A DNA stretch of 64,000 bases, from positions 286,020 to 350,019 of the forward strand of contig CAVSIZ010000001.1 in the NCBI GenBank assembly GCA_963728125.1. The letters run 5' to 3'. Shown piece by piece: positions 1 through 14,254 of this stretch (position 1 is its first letter; each line of letters opens with the position of its first letter). Source of the stretch: an uncultured Actinomycetota bacterium (lineage in GTDB: Bacteria > Actinomycetota > Actinomycetes > CAWDCV01). The position numbers and the translations under genes are program-made. Below the pieces are notes generated by a model. That model ran no database searches. It was not told the DNA's origin and worked only from the letters and a program-made list of their open reading frames with translations.

Positions 1-1
1 A

Positions 2-517
2 GCGATTGCGACGGTTGCCGTCGGTGTGTTGACGATCGACTACGGCCGCGTGCCGTGGATCGCGCTCGTGCTCGCGTTCTCCTTCGCGACGTACGGGCTG
101 CTCAAGAAGAAGGCGAACGTTGGCGCAGTCCAGAGCCTCGCTGTCGAGACCGGCGTACTGCTCTTGCCGATGACGGCTTACCTGCTGACATTGACGTTCA
201 CGGGCAGATCGACGTTCGGGCAAGAGGGCCTCGGCCACGCAGTGCTGCTCGCCGGTTCGGGCGTGGTCACCGCGATCCCGCTGCTGTTCTTCGGCGCCGC
301 CGCCATCCGCATTCCGCTGACGCAGCTGGGCTTGCTGCAATATCTCGCCCCCACGCTCCAACTTGCCATCGGCGTGCTGCTCTACCACGAGCCGATGGGT
401 ACGGTCCGGCTGCTCGGCTTCGCCCTGGTGTGGACCGCGCTGGTCGTCTTCACCATCGACAGCCTCGCGTCAATGCGAAGGCGTCAGCTCGAACTCACCG
501 CGCATTCCGTAGGTTGA
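2..517 (+). CDS. rarD: EamA-family transporter RarD (5' truncated by window edge)
   Basis: Hydrophobic ORF with PWIALVLAFSFATYGLLKK and LGLLQYLAPTLQ motifs typical of RarD; frame open to the window start. Confidence 0.9.
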   Translation, partial: AIATVAVGVLTIDYGRVPWIALVLAFSFATYGLLKKKANVGAVQSLAVETGVLLLPMTAYLLTLTFTGRSTFGQEGLGHAVLLAGSGVVTAIPLLFFGAAAIRIPLTQLGLLQYLAPTLQLAIGVLLYHEPMGTVRLLGFALVWTALVVFTIDSLASMRRRQLELTAHSVG

Positions 518-694
518 CCGGCTGCTCTGGCTCGGCAGCGCCCACGACCTCGAGCAGGGCTTTACCGCAGCTTTGACCCGATAACCCGGCAAGCACGTGG
601 CCGGACGGTCGCTTCCCCCGCCCCTCGGTGGTGTGCGCATGGAACACCGGCCGCGCGGACCTGCTCATCGGCCGCTGAGCCGCGGGCGACGACG

Positions 695-1711
695 TCAGGC
701 GGTGCGGTCGACGACGAGGTCGCACAGCGACGCGAGCGCGGCCTTGGCGGGCACGTCGGGCAATGGTGAGAGCACACTGCGGGCGTCGTCGGCCCAGCGC
801 CGCAGGTCGGCACGTGCTCGCTGCATCCCGGACGAGGTCTGCAGTTGTGCCAGCGCCGCCGCCAACTGCTCATCGTCGTCGAGGTTGCCGCGCAGCAGCT
901 CCTGCAGCGGCGCATCCGCCGGATCGGTGGACGCGAGGGCGTAGAGAACGGGCAGCGTCGCGATGCCTTCGCGCAGGTCGGTGCCTGGGGTCTTCCCGGA
1001 CACCGCGCTCTCGCTCGCAACGTCGAGCAGATCGTCGGAGAGCTGGAACGCGACACCGATGCGCTCCCCGAACCGCGTCATGACATCCACGATGTCGTCA
1101 CTCGCACCTGACATGAGCGCACCGAAGTGGCCACAGGTGGCGATCAGCGATCCCGTCTTGTCGGCGAGCACCGAGATGTAGTGCTCGACCGGATCCTCGT
1201 CGTCGACCGGCCCAACGGTCTCGCGGATCTGGCCGGTGACGAGTCGGGCGAACGTGCGCGCCTGGATGCGTACGGCCTCCGGGCCCAGATCGGCGAGCAG
1301 ATCAGACGCACGCGAGAACAGGAAGTCGCCGGTGAGGATCGCGACGGTGTTGGTCCAGCGCGCATTCGCGCTCGGTGCGCCACGGCGCATTGCGGCCTCG
1401 TCCATGACGTCGTCGTGATACAGCGTGCCGAGGTGGGTGAGCTCGCAGACGACTGCGGACGGGACGACGCCTGGCGCGTGCGAGTCGCCGAATTGCGCGG
1501 CAAGCACGACCAGCATCGGGCGAAACCGCTTGCCACCGGCCTCGATCAGATGGCTGGCGGTCTCGGTGACGAACGGAACGTCGCTCTTCACTGCCGTACG
1601 CAGCTGCTGCTCGACGGCTTCCATGCCGGTGCGAACAGCGTGCTCGAGGTCAGGCGGCAGCCCCTCCAGCTCACCGAGCGGGCGTTCGTAGGCCGGCTGC
1701 GCCGAAGTCAT
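695..1711 (-). CDS. hepT: Polyprenyl (hepta/octa/nonaprenyl) diphosphate synthase
   Basis: GGKRFRP, LYHDDVMD (FARM) and FQLSDDLLD (SARM) motifs; ATG at 1711 just after the nuoN stop. Confidence 0.9.
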   Translation of the reverse strand: MTSAQPAYERPLGELEGLPPDLEHAVRTGMEAVEQQLRTAVKSDVPFVTETASHLIEAGGKRFRPMLVVLAAQFGDSHAPGVVPSAVVCELTHLGTLYHDDVMDEAAMRRGAPSANARWTNTVAILTGDFLFSRASDLLADLGPEAVRIQARTFARLVTGQIRETVGPVDDEDPVEHYISVLADKTGSLIATCGHFGALMSGASDDIVDVMTRFGERIGVAFQLSDDLLDVASESAVSGKTPGTDLREGIATLPVLYALASTDPADAPLQELLRGNLDDDEQLAAALAQLQTSSGMQRARADLRRWADDARSVLSPLPDVPAKAALASLCDLVVDRTA

Positions 1712-1712
1712 G

Positions 1713-3260
1713 TCACCGTACGAAGATGTCGGCCCGGCCGGCCAGGTCGAGCAACGGCTGGGGCAGGATGCCGAGCACGACAGTGACGGCAACCGCACCA
1801 GCCAGCGCCACGGTCGTGAACGGGCTCGGAATCACGACGGTCGGTCCGTCGCTCGACGGCTCGGAGAAGAACATCAGCACGATCACGCGGACATAGAAGA
1901 ACGCCGCGATCACGCTCGAGATCAGGCCCACGATGACGACCGGCGTCGCACCGCCCTCGATGGCCGCGACGAAGACGGCGTACTTGCCGAAGAAGCCGCT
2001 GGTGAGCGGAATCCCGGCGAGCGCAAGCAGGAACAGCGCGAACATGCCGGCGACGAGGGGTGAGCGACGGCCGAGGCCCGCCCACCGGGACAGGTGTGTC
2101 GCCTCGCCGCCCTGATCGCGGACGAGCGTGACCACACCGAACGCGCCAATCGTCGTGACGCCGTAGACGAACAGGTAGAACATCGAGCCGGCGAGTCCGG
2201 CCTCGCTGGTCGCGATCACGCCGGTCAGGATGAAACCCGCGTGCGCGATGGACGAGTACGCCAGCATGCGCTTGACGTCGGTCTGCGTGAGCGCGATCAC
2301 CGAACCCAGCACCATCGTGAGAATGGCGACGGCCCACATCATCGGCCGCCAGTCCCAGCGAGCACCGCCGAGCGCGACGTAGAAGACACGCAGCAACGCG
2401 CCGAACGCCGCCACCTTCGTGCACGCCGCCATGAACGCAGTGATCGGCGTCGGAGCGCCCTGGTAGACGTCCGGCGTCCAGGAGTGGAACGGGACGGCAC
2501 CGACCTTGAAGAGCAACCCAACAGCAGCCAGTGCAGTGCCCGCGAGCAGGAGTGGGTCTGCCCCAGCGCTGGATGAGACGGCATCGGCAATGCCGCCGAG
2601 CTGCACGGTTCCCGCGTAGCCATAAAGCAGCGCAATCCCGTAGAGAAAGAATGCCGACGAGAACGCGCCCAGCAAGAAGTACTTCAGCGCCGCTTCCTGA
2701 GACAGCAGGCGCCGCCGCCGGGCCAGACCGCACAACAAGTACAGCGGCAACGACAGCACCTCGAGCGCGATGAACATTGTCAGCAGGTCGTTGGACGCCG
2801 GGAAGATGAGCATGCCGCCGACCGCGAACATCGTCAGAGGGAAGACCTCGGTCTGGGTGACACCGGCCGTCGTCACCGCACGCTCGGCTTCGGATCCCGG
2901 CACCGTCGACGCCGATGCTGCAAATGCATCGACGCCGTCGAGTTGGTTCTCGGCGATCAGCAGCAGGCTCGGGATGGCGAGCACCAGGATCGTGCCCTGC
3001 ATGAACAGTGCCGGCCCGTCGATGGCCAACGCCCCCTGCGCGGCGTCGATGTTGGTGCCCGCAAGTAGCACGACGGCGATGAAAGCAGCAACGAGGCCGA
3101 CAAGGGCTACCGCGAGCTGCACATTGCGTCGCGACGACCGTGGGACGAAGGCGTCGACGAGCACGCCGACGACCGCGGCGCCGAGCACGATGAGGATCGG
3201 CGAGATCTGCGCGTACTCGATGCTCGGCGCGTTGATCGTGACCTGGGCGAGCGTCTTCAC
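1713..3260 (-). CDS. nuoN: NADH-quinone oxidoreductase subunit N
   Basis: [41 protein letters not shown]; last gene of the nuo operon. Confidence 0.97.
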   Translation of the reverse strand: MKTLAQVTINAPSIEYAQISPILIVLGAAVVGVLVDAFVPRSSRRNVQLAVALVGLVAAFIAVVLLAGTNIDAAQGALAIDGPALFMQGTILVLAIPSLLLIAENQLDGVDAFAASASTVPGSEAERAVTTAGVTQTEVFPLTMFAVGGMLIFPASNDLLTMFIALEVLSLPLYLLCGLARRRRLLSQEAALKYFLLGAFSSAFFLYGIALLYGYAGTVQLGGIADAVSSSAGADPLLLAGTALAAVGLLFKVGAVPFHSWTPDVYQGAPTPITAFMAACTKVAAFGALLRVFYVALGGARWDWRPMMWAVAILTMVLGSVIALTQTDVKRMLAYSSIAHAGFILTGVIATSEAGLAGSMFYLFVYGVTTIGAFGVVTLVRDQGGEATHLSRWAGLGRRSPLVAGMFALFLLALAGIPLTSGFFGKYAVFVAAIEGGATPVVIVGLISSVIAAFFYVRVIVLMFFSEPSSDGPTVVIPSPFTTVALAGAVAVTVVLGILPQPLLDLAGRADIFVR

Positions 3261-4792
3261 TCCGCCGTCCCCTCTGCGCTCACGGGCACCGGCGGCTCCG
3301 GATCGGTAGCGCCGACCTGTTCCATCGTTCGCTCCGTGGCCGGGGTGATGACGTCAAGCAGCGGCGCCGGGAAGAATCCGAGCGCCACGATGATCGCGAG
3401 CAGTGGCGCGACGACCCACGCTTCACGCGCGCCAAAGTCGCGGATGCCTTCGTTGCCCTCCTTCACCGGGCCGGTCATCATCCGCTGATACATGAACAGG
3501 ATGTAGACGGCTGCCAGCACGATGCCGACCGTCGCAAGGACCGCAGCGACCTGGTAGCGGGTAAATGTCCCGACGAGGACGAGGAACTCCGACACAAAGC
3601 TCGACAACCCCGGCAGCGCCAGCGACGACAGGCCCGCCACCAGCATCGTGCCGGCAAGAATCGGTGCCACCTTCTGTACACCGCCGTAGTCGTCGATGAG
3701 ACGAGACTTGCCACGGGTGATGAGGAAGCCAGCGATGAGGAACAGCGCAGCGGTGGAGAATCCGTGGTTGACCATGTACAGCGTCGAGCCCGCCTGACCC
3801 TGGTTCGTCAGTGCGAAGATGCCGAGCGCAATGAAGCCGAAGTGCGACACCGACGTATAGGCGATCAACCGTTTCATGTCCGTCTGCCCGATCGCGAGCA
3901 GCGCCCCGTACAGGATCCCGATCACGCACAAGGTCAGCACTGTTGGCGTGAAGTAGCGCGTCGCCTCGGGAAACAGCGGCAGGCAGTAACGCAGCATGCC
4001 GAACGTGCCAACCTTGTCGAGCACGCCGACCAGGAGCACGGCGCCGGCCGGCGTGGATTCCGCCGCCGCGTCGGGAAGCCAGGTGTGGAACGGAAACAGC
4101 GGTGCCTTGATGGCGAAGGCAAAGAAGAAGCCGAGGAACAGCCAGCGTTCCGTCGTCTCGCTGATCTCGACACCGAGCAGGTCGGTGAACAGGAACGTGC
4201 CGCCAACGACGTACAGCCCGATGACGGCAGCGAGCATGACGAGGCCGCCGAGCAGGCTGTAGAGCAGGAACTTCACCGCGGCGTACGACCGTTGCGGGCC
4301 GCCGTAGCTGCCGATGAGGAAGTACATCGGGATCAGCATGGCCTCGAAGAACACGTAGAACAGGAAGACGTCTGTTGCCGCAAAGACGCCGATGATCATG
4401 GTCTCGAGGACGAGGATGAGCGCGAAGTAGGTGTTCACGCTTCGCCGCGAACCTCCCTCTTCGACGTCTGACCAGCCGGCGAGCATGCATACCGGAACGA
4501 GCACCGCCGCCAGCGCGATGAGGACGAGGGAGATGCCGTCGACGCCGAGGGCGTAGGACACGCCGAAGCTTGGGATCCAGTCGTACTGCTCGACGAACTG
4601 AAACTGCTCGTCGCCCGCGGAGCCGGGCTCGAAGCGCGCCGCGAGCAGGATCGTCAGCACCAGCGTCACGAGCGCGAACGCAATGGCCACCTGCTTGGCC
4701 AGCAGCGGTCGCGCCCGCGGCAGCGCGGCGACGATCACCGCACCGATCAGCGGGATGGCGCCCAGCATCGTCAGCCAAGGAAAGGAGTTCAC
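3257..4792 (-). CDS. nuoM: NADH-quinone oxidoreductase subunit M
   Basis: [26 protein letters not shown]; GTG at 4792 overlaps the true nuoL stop (GTGA). Confidence 0.95.
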   Translation of the reverse strand: MNSFPWLTMLGAIPLIGAVIVAALPRARPLLAKQVAIAFALVTLVLTILLAARFEPGSAGDEQFQFVEQYDWIPSFGVSYALGVDGISLVLIALAAVLVPVCMLAGWSDVEEGGSRRSVNTYFALILVLETMIIGVFAATDVFLFYVFFEAMLIPMYFLIGSYGGPQRSYAAVKFLLYSLLGGLVMLAAVIGLYVVGGTFLFTDLLGVEISETTERWLFLGFFFAFAIKAPLFPFHTWLPDAAAESTPAGAVLLVGVLDKVGTFGMLRYCLPLFPEATRYFTPTVLTLCVIGILYGALLAIGQTDMKRLIAYTSVSHFGFIALGIFALTNQGQAGSTLYMVNHGFSTAALFLIAGFLITRGKSRLIDDYGGVQKVAPILAGTMLVAGLSSLALPGLSSFVSEFLVLVGTFTRYQVAAVLATVGIVLAAVYILFMYQRMMTGPVKEGNEGIRDFGAREAWVVAPLLAIIVALGFFPAPLLDVITPATERTMEQVGATDPEPPVPVSAEGTAE

Positions 4793-6694
4793 GACAGCCT
4801 CACCAGTAGCAGAGCGACCACGACGATGGCGGCGCCACCGAACATCGACAGGGCGTACGACCGGACGAATCCGGTCTGCCATCGGCGGATCCGTCCGGAG
4901 GAGCCGCCGAACATGGCGGCCAGGCCGTTGACGGCACCGTCGACACCGCGGTTGTCGAAGTAGACCAGTGACCGGGTGAGGTACTGCCCGGGCACCATCA
5001 CGCCCTCCTCGTTGATGACGTCTCCGTAGAGGTCCTTGCGGGCGGCCACAGTGACCTGCGACACGGCCACCGGCGCCTCGTCCGGTATCGGGCGTCGACC
5101 GAAGAACGCGTAGGCGATGGCCATCCCCAAGAAGACGAGCGCGAGCACGAGAAGGCTGATCGTCCACGCCGGCACCGGCAGCTCGTGCTCCTCCTCGCCC
5201 ACGACCGGCTCGAGGAAGGAGATGAGGCCATTGCCGATGAACCGCAAGGCGCCGAATGAGTGACAGCACAGCCAGGACGATCATTGGGCCGATCATGACG
5301 GGCGGCGACTCATGCGGATGGACGCCCTCGCGCCATCGTCGCTCGCCGAAGAAGGTCATCAGCATCAGTCGGGTCATGTAGAACGCCGTGATGCCCGCGC
5401 CGATCATGGCCACGAGGCCGAGCCAGATGTTGTCGGCAAGTGCCGCTTCGATGATGCGGTCCTTGGAGAAGAAGCCGTCGAACGGTGGAATGCCGATGAT
5501 GGCGAGATAACCCATGGTGAACGTGATGAACGTGACGGGCATCGCCGATCGCAAGCCGCCGTAGTGCCGCATGTTCACGTCATCGTTCATGCCGTGCATG
5601 ACCGAGCCGGCACCGAGGAACATGTTGGCCTTGAAGAAGCCGTGCATCAGCAGGTGGAAGATCGCGAGCGCGTATCCGGCCGGGCCGAGTCCTGCCGCCA
5701 GCACCATGTAGCCGATCTGGCTCATCGTCGAGCCGGCCAGGACCTTCTTGATGTCGTCCTTCGCGCACCCGATAATCGCGCCGACGAGCAGCGTCACGGC
5801 GCCCACGACGGCGACGGCGACGAGCGCGATCGGTGCAGCGTTGAAGATGGCATTGGAGCGAGTGATCAGGTAGACGCCCGCGGTCACCATGGTTGCGGCG
5901 TGGATGAGCGCCGACACCGGCGTCGGACCCTCCATCGCATCGAGCAACCACGACTGCAGCGGTACCTGAGCTGACTTGCCGCATGCGGCGAGCAGGAGAA
6001 GCAGACCAACCGCGGTCATCGCGCCTTCGGTGGCCTCCGGTGCGCCTTCGAACACGCCGAGAAAGTTCGTCGCACCGAACGTCGCGAACATCACCATGAT
6101 CGCCAGCGACATGCCGACGTCGCCGACGCGGTTGACGACGAACGCCTTCTTCGCCGCCGTCGCGGCACTCGGCTTGTAGTACCAGAAGCCGATCAGCAGG
6201 TACGACGCCAGGCCGACGCCCTCCCAGCCGACGTACAGCACGAGGTAGTCGTTTGCGATGACGAGCAGCAGCATCGCGGCAATGAACAGGTTCATGTACG
6301 CGAAGAAGCGCCGGCGATCGGGGTCGTGCGCCATGTATCCGATGGAATAGATGTGGATCAACGATCCCACGCCGGTGATGAGCAGCACGAAGACGATCGA
6401 GAGCTGGTCGATCAGCGTCCCGAACTCGACCTGGAAGTCCGCGACCGGCACCCAGGTGAAGATGTTGTCCGTGAACGCGCGCTCCTCGCCCGGATGCCCG
6501 AGCATCGAGAAGAGCATCGCCGCGCCGAGCACGAACGAGGCGACCGGTGCGGCTACCCCGAGCAGGTGTCCCCAACTGTTCGACCGTCGACCGGCGAGGA
6601 GCAGGATCCCCGCTGATACCAGCGGAATGGCGACGAGCAGCCAGGCCTGCGTGAAGATGCCGGTCGCTGCCTGCACCTCTCCCATTGCATCCAC
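4789..6694 (-). CDS. nuoL: NADH-quinone oxidoreductase subunit L (apparent +1 frameshift near 5257)
   Basis: [32 protein letters not shown]; C-terminus ([10 protein letters not shown]) continues in ORF 4789..5247 in another frame. Confidence 0.93.
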
Positions 6695-6697
6695 CCG

Positions 6698-6997
6698 TCA
6701 GTACTTGAGCAGGTTCGCGTCGTCGACCGACGCCGTCCTGCGGGTGCGGAAGATGGTCATGATGATGGCGAGCCCGATGACGACTTCGGCGGCAGCGACC
6801 ACCATCACGAAGAACGCGATGATCTGACCATCGAGATTGCCGTTGTTGCGTGCGAACGTGACGAACGCGAGGTTAGCGGCGTTCAGCATGAGCTCGATGC
6901 ACATGAAGACGACGATGGCGTTGCGTCGAATGAGAACGCCGGCCCCGCCCAGCGAGAACAGAATGGCTGACAGCACCACGTAGCCCGTGGGGCTCAT
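6698..6997 (-). CDS. nuoK: NADH-quinone oxidoreductase subunit K
   Basis: [28 protein letters not shown]; 99 aa. Confidence 0.97.
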   Translation of the reverse strand: MSPTGYVVLSAILFSLGGAGVLIRRNAIVVFMCIELMLNAANLAFVTFARNNGNLDGQIIAFFVMVVAAAEVVIGLAIIMTIFRTRRTASVDDANLLKY

Positions 6998-7806
6998 GAC
7001 AGCTCACTCTCTCGATGGCTGATGCCGCGCGGTTCAGAGTGGATCATGTCGGGGTCGTCGGGGATGGCTGGCTCGCCGTCGGTGTGCAGCGTTGTGGCCA
7101 ACTGGGACGGCAACCGCCGCTCGTCCCCGCGACCGCGCAGCACTGCGTTGACCGACAGGTCCGACTGCGATCCGTCGGGCAGCAGCGCCGGCGTGTCGAC
7201 TGCGTTGTGTCGCGCGTAGACGCCGGGGGCGGGTAGCGGCGTGACGATGCCGCCCCGCCGGAAGCGCTGTTCGGCCATCTCCCGCTGCGTCACCTTCGCG
7301 TGCAAGCGCTCGCGGAACGCGAGCACCATCGCGCCGACCGCTGCGGTGATCAGCAGCGCGCTGGTGAGCTCGAACGCGAAGACGTAGCGGGTGAAGATGA
7401 GCCGCGCGATCCCCTCAACGTTGCCGTTGGCGTTGGCATTGGCGAGCCCCACCGGTGCGTACGTCACCCGTCCGACGACGGCGACGAGGAGGAAGGCGAA
7501 CCCGAGCGCGCCGAGCAGGCTGGCGAAGCGCTGCCCGCGGATTGTCTCGACCAGCGAGTCGCTGGCGTCGACGCCAACGATCATCAGGACGAACAGGAAC
7601 AGCATCATGATGGCGCCGGTGTAGACGACGACCTGGACGATGCCGAGGAACACCGCTTCCTGCGCGATATAGAGAATCGCGAGGCAGATCATGGTGAGCG
7701 CGAGCCAAATGGCGCAGTGGACCGCCTTACGGCTGAGCAGCATGCCGACAGCGCCGAGAACCGACAGCGGCGCGAGGAGCCAGAAGACGATCGCCTCTCC
7801 GTTCAC
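6994..7806 (-). CDS. nuoJ: NADH-quinone oxidoreductase subunit J
   Basis: [28 protein letters not shown]; actinobacterial C-terminal extension. Confidence 0.95.
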   Translation of the reverse strand: MNGEAIVFWLLAPLSVLGAVGMLLSRKAVHCAIWLALTMICLAILYIAQEAVFLGIVQVVVYTGAIMMLFLFVLMIVGVDASDSLVETIRGQRFASLLGALGFAFLLVAVVGRVTYAPVGLANANANGNVEGIARLIFTRYVFAFELTSALLITAAVGAMVLAFRERLHAKVTQREMAEQRFRRGGIVTPLPAPGVYARHNAVDTPALLPDGSQSDLSVNAVLRGRGDERRLPSQLATTLHTDGEPAIPDDPDMIHSEPRGISHRESELS

Positions 7807-8342
7807 CGCGTCGACTCCTCTGCGGCGCGCAGGAGATCCGGCGCCGCGTGCGTAACGGCGCCCTCGTAGTAATCGGTCTCCGTCGTCCCGGGGTACATCG
7901 GATGCGGCGCGGCGACCATGCCGGACTGGAGGGGCGCGAGCAGGTCTTGCTTCTCGTAGATGAGCTTCGCGCGCGAGTCGTCGGCAAGCTCGTACTCATT
8001 CGACATCGTCAGCGCCCGGGTGGGGCACGCCTCGATGCATAAGCCGCAGAAGATGCAGCGGAGGTAGTTGATTTGGTACACGCGCCCGTAGCGCTCCCCC
8101 GGTGAGTACCGCTCCTCAGGGGTGTTGTCGGCGCCCTCGACGTAGATCGCGTCGGCCGGGCACGCCCACGCGCACAGCTCGCAGCCGATGCACTTCTCCA
8201 GCCCGTCCGGATGACGATTCAGCAGATGCCGGCCGTGGAAGCGCGGCGCCGTCGGTCTCTTGTCCTCGGGGTACTGCTCCGTCACGACCTTCTTGAACAT
8301 CGTCGCGAAGGTCACGCCGAACCCCTTGACGGGCTCAAACAC
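7803..8342 (-). CDS. nuoI: NADH-quinone oxidoreductase subunit I
   Basis: Two CxxCxxCxxxCP 4Fe-4S motifs; GTG 8342 preceded by AGGAGG. Confidence 0.96.
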   Translation of the reverse strand: MFEPVKGFGVTFATMFKKVVTEQYPEDKRPTAPRFHGRHLLNRHPDGLEKCIGCELCAWACPADAIYVEGADNTPEERYSPGERYGRVYQINYLRCIFCGLCIEACPTRALTMSNEYELADDSRAKLIYEKQDLLAPLQSGMVAAPHPMYPGTTETDYYEGAVTHAAPDLLRAAEESTR

Positions 8343-9660
8343 CGACGTCCTCCTCCTGCTGGCTCGCAAGGGTTCGCCTGGGCGGCCCTCCGGTAGGCAT
8401 CGTCTGGCCCGGCAGCGGCGGCACAGGATAGCCACCGGCCATCGGGTCGAATGCTTCGGGCTCCACCTCGGCTTCGAGGTCCTCATCGGGCCTACGTCGC
8501 TGTGTGAAGCTGCCGATCAGCGCGAAGACGCCGACCGCGACGAGCAGGCCGGCCGCGATGACGAGGATGTTGTTGGTCGTGATGAGCGCCTCGTCGCGCA
8601 GCACTCGAATGGTCGAGACGAGCAGGATCCACAGCAGCGAGATCGGGATGAGCACCTTCCACCCGAGCGCCATGAACTGGTCGTAGCGGTACCGAGGCAG
8701 CGTCCCGCGCAGCCAGATGAAGAAGAAGATGAAGAGCATGAGCTTGCCGAGCCACCACAGCAGCGGCCACCAGCCGCTGTTAGCGCCGTCCCACAGCGAG
8801 ATCGGGAACGGTGCCCTCCAACCGCCGAGGAACATCGTGGTCGCCAGCGCGCTGACCGTCACCATGTTCACGTACTCCGCGAGGAAGAACAGCGCGAACT
8901 TCAGTGAGGAGTACTCCGTGTGGAAGCCGCCGACCAGCTCGCCTTCGGCCTCCGGTAGGTCGAAGGGTGCCCGGTTCGTTTCTCCCACCATGGCCGTGAC
9001 GTAGATGAGGAACGACGGAATCAAGGGAATGACGAACCACAGGCTCGTCTGCGCCTCGACGATCTGCGACGTCGACATAGACCCGGCGTAGAGGAATACC
9101 GCGACAAACGACAGGCCCATCGCGATCTCGTACGAGATCATCTGCGCCGACGAACGCAGCCCACCGAGCAGGGGGTACGTGGAGCCGCTCGCCCAGCCGG
9201 CCAGAACGATGCCGTAGATGCCGATCGACGCCACCGCAAGGACGAACAGCACACCGACGGGCAAATCCGTCAGCTGCAGTGGCGTGAGGGTGCCGAAGAT
9301 GGACACCACGGGACCGAACGGGATGACGGCAAAGGCAAGGAACGCGCACGTCGTCGCAATGATCGGCGCAAGCCAGAACACCGCGATGTCGGCGGTCTTC
9401 GGGACGATGTCCTCCTTGAGCGCCAGCTTGACGCCGTCGGCGAGCGACTGCAGCAACCCCTGCGGGCCGAGGCGGTTCGGGCCGATGCGCTGCTGCATGC
9501 GCGCGACGACGCGCCGCTCGAACCAGATGTTGAACAGCGTCAGCACGACGAGGATGACGAAGACGCCGACGGCCTTGAGCAGGATGAGCCACCAGGGGTC
9601 GCGGCCGAAGATGGACAGATCCTCCTGCGCCTGCGCGAGCAGCATCGCGTTCATGGTCAC
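8335..9660 (-). CDS. nuoH: NADH-quinone oxidoreductase subunit H
   Basis: [41 protein letters not shown]; GTG overlaps the nuoG stop. Confidence 0.96.
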   Translation of the reverse strand: MTMNAMLLAQAQEDLSIFGRDPWWLILLKAVGVFVILVVLTLFNIWFERRVVARMQQRIGPNRLGPQGLLQSLADGVKLALKEDIVPKTADIAVFWLAPIIATTCAFLAFAVIPFGPVVSIFGTLTPLQLTDLPVGVLFVLAVASIGIYGIVLAGWASGSTYPLLGGLRSSAQMISYEIAMGLSFVAVFLYAGSMSTSQIVEAQTSLWFVIPLIPSFLIYVTAMVGETNRAPFDLPEAEGELVGGFHTEYSSLKFALFFLAEYVNMVTVSALATTMFLGGWRAPFPISLWDGANSGWWPLLWWLGKLMLFIFFFIWLRGTLPRYRYDQFMALGWKVLIPISLLWILLVSTIRVLRDEALITTNNILVIAAGLLVAVGVFALIGSFTQRRRPDEDLEAEVEPEAFDPMAGGYPVPPLPGQTMPTGGPPRRTLASQQEEDVGV

Positions 9661-12086
9661 CTCGATTCCTCCGCATCGATCCACACCATGTCGCCGGCAG
9701 CGACACCGAGATCGCGGTGCACCGCGCAACCCCGCGCGTTGGCCGGCAGCCACACGGCATCGTCGACCATGGAGTGGGTGACGACGAGCGGCAGGGTGAC
9801 CGACCCGCGGGTGCTGCTGACCGTGACCAACGCCCGATCGGTCGCGCCGACACGCGCCGCGGTGGCGACGGACATGCGCGCAACCGGCCGCCGTGCCGTC
9901 CCCGCGAGGTGCTCCTCGTTGTCCTGCATTCGGCCGGCGTCGAGCAACTCATGCCACGTCGCCAGCACCACCTGTCCACGCTCGAGTGGTCGCCGCAGTC
10001 CCCCGGGAACGGACCGGAACTCCGGCCGCGCATCCGACCAGGGCTGGAGTGCGGCGATCTCACGGCGGGCCCGAGTGACGTCAGGAAGCCCGAGGTGAAC
10101 ATCCATCGCGTCGGCGAGCACGTGCAGGACCCGTACGTCCGGCATGGCCGGCAGCTCGGGCAGCGCAGCCTCGAACGGTCGCTGGCGGCCCTCCCAGTCG
10201 ACGAACGTCCCGGCCTTCTCCACGACGGCGGCGACGGGAAGAACCACATCGGCGCGGTCGGTGACCGCTGACGACCGCAGCTCGAGGCTGACGAGGAACG
10301 GCACGGCATCGAGCGCCGCCAACGCTGCCGCCGGATCAGGCAGGTCATCCGGGTCGACACCGCCCACCAGCAACGCCCCGAGCTCGCCGCGGGATGCGGC
10401 CGCGAGGATCTCACCGGTGTCGCGTCCCGGTGCATCGGGCAGGACCGACACGCCCCAGGCTCGCGCCATCTCGGTCCGCGCCTCGGCATCGGAAACCGGG
10501 CGCCCACCCGGAAGCAACGTAGGCAGGGCACCTGCCTCGACGGCGCCGCGCTCACCCGCTCGGCGGGGTACCCAGCCCACAGTCGCGCCCACGGCATCGG
10601 CGAGCGACGCCACGGCAGACAGCGCTCCGCGGACCGTGGCCATCCGCTCCCCGACGAGGATCACGGTGCCGGATCCGCGTACCAGCTCGGCCAGTTCATC
10701 GGTTCCCGAGCGCAGCGCTTCCAACGCGGTGGGCTCGGCACCGGGCAGCGTCGGCAGCAGCCGGCCCGACAGCTTCTGCAAGCCCCAGCTTGCGTACGGC
10801 GCGACCGCCAGCACGTTCATCCCGTGCCGGCGGACGGCCTTGCGCAGCCGGAGGAAGACGATCGGCGACTCCTCCTCAGGCTCGAACCCGACGAGGAGGA
10901 CGGTCGAGGCGCGCTCGAGGTCGTCGTAGGTCGGACCCATCGGCTGACCGGCGACGTAGCGGGCGAGGAAGTCGGCCTCCTCCTCGCTGTACGGTCGCGC
11001 ACGCATGTCGATGTCGTTGGTGCCGAGGGCGACCCGAGCGAATTTGGCGTAGCCGTAGGCGTCCTCGAGCGTCGCGCGTCCGCCAACGAGCACGCCGACG
11101 CTCCCGCGTGCAGCGGCCAGACCCCGAGCAGCGACGTCGAGCGCATCGGCCCACGACGTCGGGACGAGCGTTCCATCGTCTTCGCGGACCAGCGGAACAG
11201 TGAGGCGGTCCTGCGCCGTGGCGTACTGGAACGCCCAGCGCCCCTTGTCGCAGTTCCACTCCTCGTTGACCTCAGGATCGTCACCCGCGAGCCGGCGCAT
11301 CACCTTGCCGCGGCGCCAGTCCGTACGCAGCGCGCAGCCGGACGCGCAGTGCTCGCACACCGTCGGTGTCGACACCAGATCGAAGGGGCGAGCCCGAAAT
11401 CGGTATGCCGCACCGGTGAGCGCACCTACCGGGCAGATCTGCACGGTGTTGCCGGAGAAGTACGACTCGAAGGGTTCCTTCTCGTAGATGCCCACCTGCT
11501 GCAGCGCACCGCGTTCGAGCAACTCGATGAATGGGTCGCCGGCAATCTGCTGCGAGAAGCGCGTGCAGCGCGCGCACAACACGCAGCGCTCACGGTCGAG
11601 GAGCACCTGCGACGAAATGTTGATCGGTTTGGGATAGGTGCGCTTGTTGTCGCGGAAACGCGACTCCGCGCGGCCGTTCGACATTGCCTGGTTCTGCAGG
11701 GGGCACTCGCCGCCCTTGTCGCAGATCGGGCAGTCGAGCGGGTGGTTGATGAGCAGCAGCTCCATCACGCCCTGCTGCGCCTTGTCGGCGACCGGCGACG
11801 TGAGCTGGGTCTTGACGACCATGCCGTCGGTCACCGTCGTGGTGCACGAGGCGATGGGCTTGCGCTGGCCCTCGACCTCGACCAGGCACTGCCGGCACGC
11901 ACCGACCGGCTCCAGCAGCGGGTGGTCACAGAACCGCGGGATCTGGATGCCGATCAGTTCAGCGGCGCGGATGACGAGCGTGCCCTTCGGCACGGCGACC
12001 TCGAACCCGTCGATGGTGACGGTGATGAGGTCCTCAGCCACCTGAACTTGAGCGCCCGGATGCCGCCGGGCTCGTGCTGATGGTCA

Positions 12087-12087
<1 letters not shown>
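9657..12087 (-). CDS. nuoG: NADH-quinone oxidoreductase subunit G (likely start ATG 12087 with +1 frameshift near 12056; in-frame ORF from 12041)
   Basis: [46 protein letters not shown] Fe-S motifs. Confidence 0.95.
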
Positions 12088-13417
<1,330 letters not shown>

Positions 13418-13421
<4 letters not shown>

Positions 13422-14254
13422 TCCTCTTCCTTGCCTGGCTCATCGGGATTTGCCGGATCGGACTCCGACGTCTGCAGCGGCGCGTCGTGGGCGGAGCTTT
13501 CGTCGGGCCCAGCTTCCTGCACAGCGACCGTCTCTGACGCCTTCTGGCCTTCCGCCACGGCGTCCTGCTCCTCCGCCTGCGATTGTCGCTCGGGTTCGGG
13601 TGCGATCCAGTTCCGTTCGTGCGCAAGCTGCCAACCAGCGAGTGACGGTCCGCCGGCCTGGACGCCCTCCTCGCCGCGGCCGTCGTAGAAACCGGCGAGC
13701 ACGCGCGAGGTCTCGCGCCAGGTAGCGACCCGTGCGGATCCGCGTGTCGGGGCGACCGGCTCGTCGGCGCGCAGTGCGTCGACGAGGGCACGGACGGATT
13801 CCGGCGTCTGGTTGTCGAAGAACTCCCAGTTGACCATCACGACGGGTGCGTAGTCGCACGCGGCGTTGCACTCGACGTGCTCGAGGGTGACCTTGCCGTC
13901 GTCGGTCGTCTCGTCGTTGCCGATGCCGAGGTGGTCCTTCAACGTCGCCAGCAGTGCGTCCCCACCCATGACGGCGCACAGCGAGTTCGTGCAGACGCCG
14001 ACGTGGTAATCGCCGATCGGGCGGCGCTTGAACATCGTGTAGAACGTGGCAACAGCTGCAACCTCGGCTGATGTGAGACCGAGTTCGTGCGCGCAGGCCT
14101 CGATGCCCTCGGTCGTGACGTAACCCTGCTCCGACTGCACGAGGTGCAGCATCGGGATGAGCGCTGACCGCGGGTGCGGGTAGCGCGCGATGATCTCGCG
14201 CATCTGCCGACGTGTGGCATCAGAGATGCTCGCTGTCTGGTTAGTGACAGTCAC
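13418..14254 (-). CDS. nuoE: NADH-quinone oxidoreductase subunit E
   Basis: [24 protein letters not shown]; acidic tail; GTG overlaps the nuoD stop. Confidence 0.95.

Noticed and set aside
3257-6694. Genuine NuoL-NuoM fusion protein
   Set aside because: Bridge is off-frame nonsense and the intact NuoL tail is in another frame
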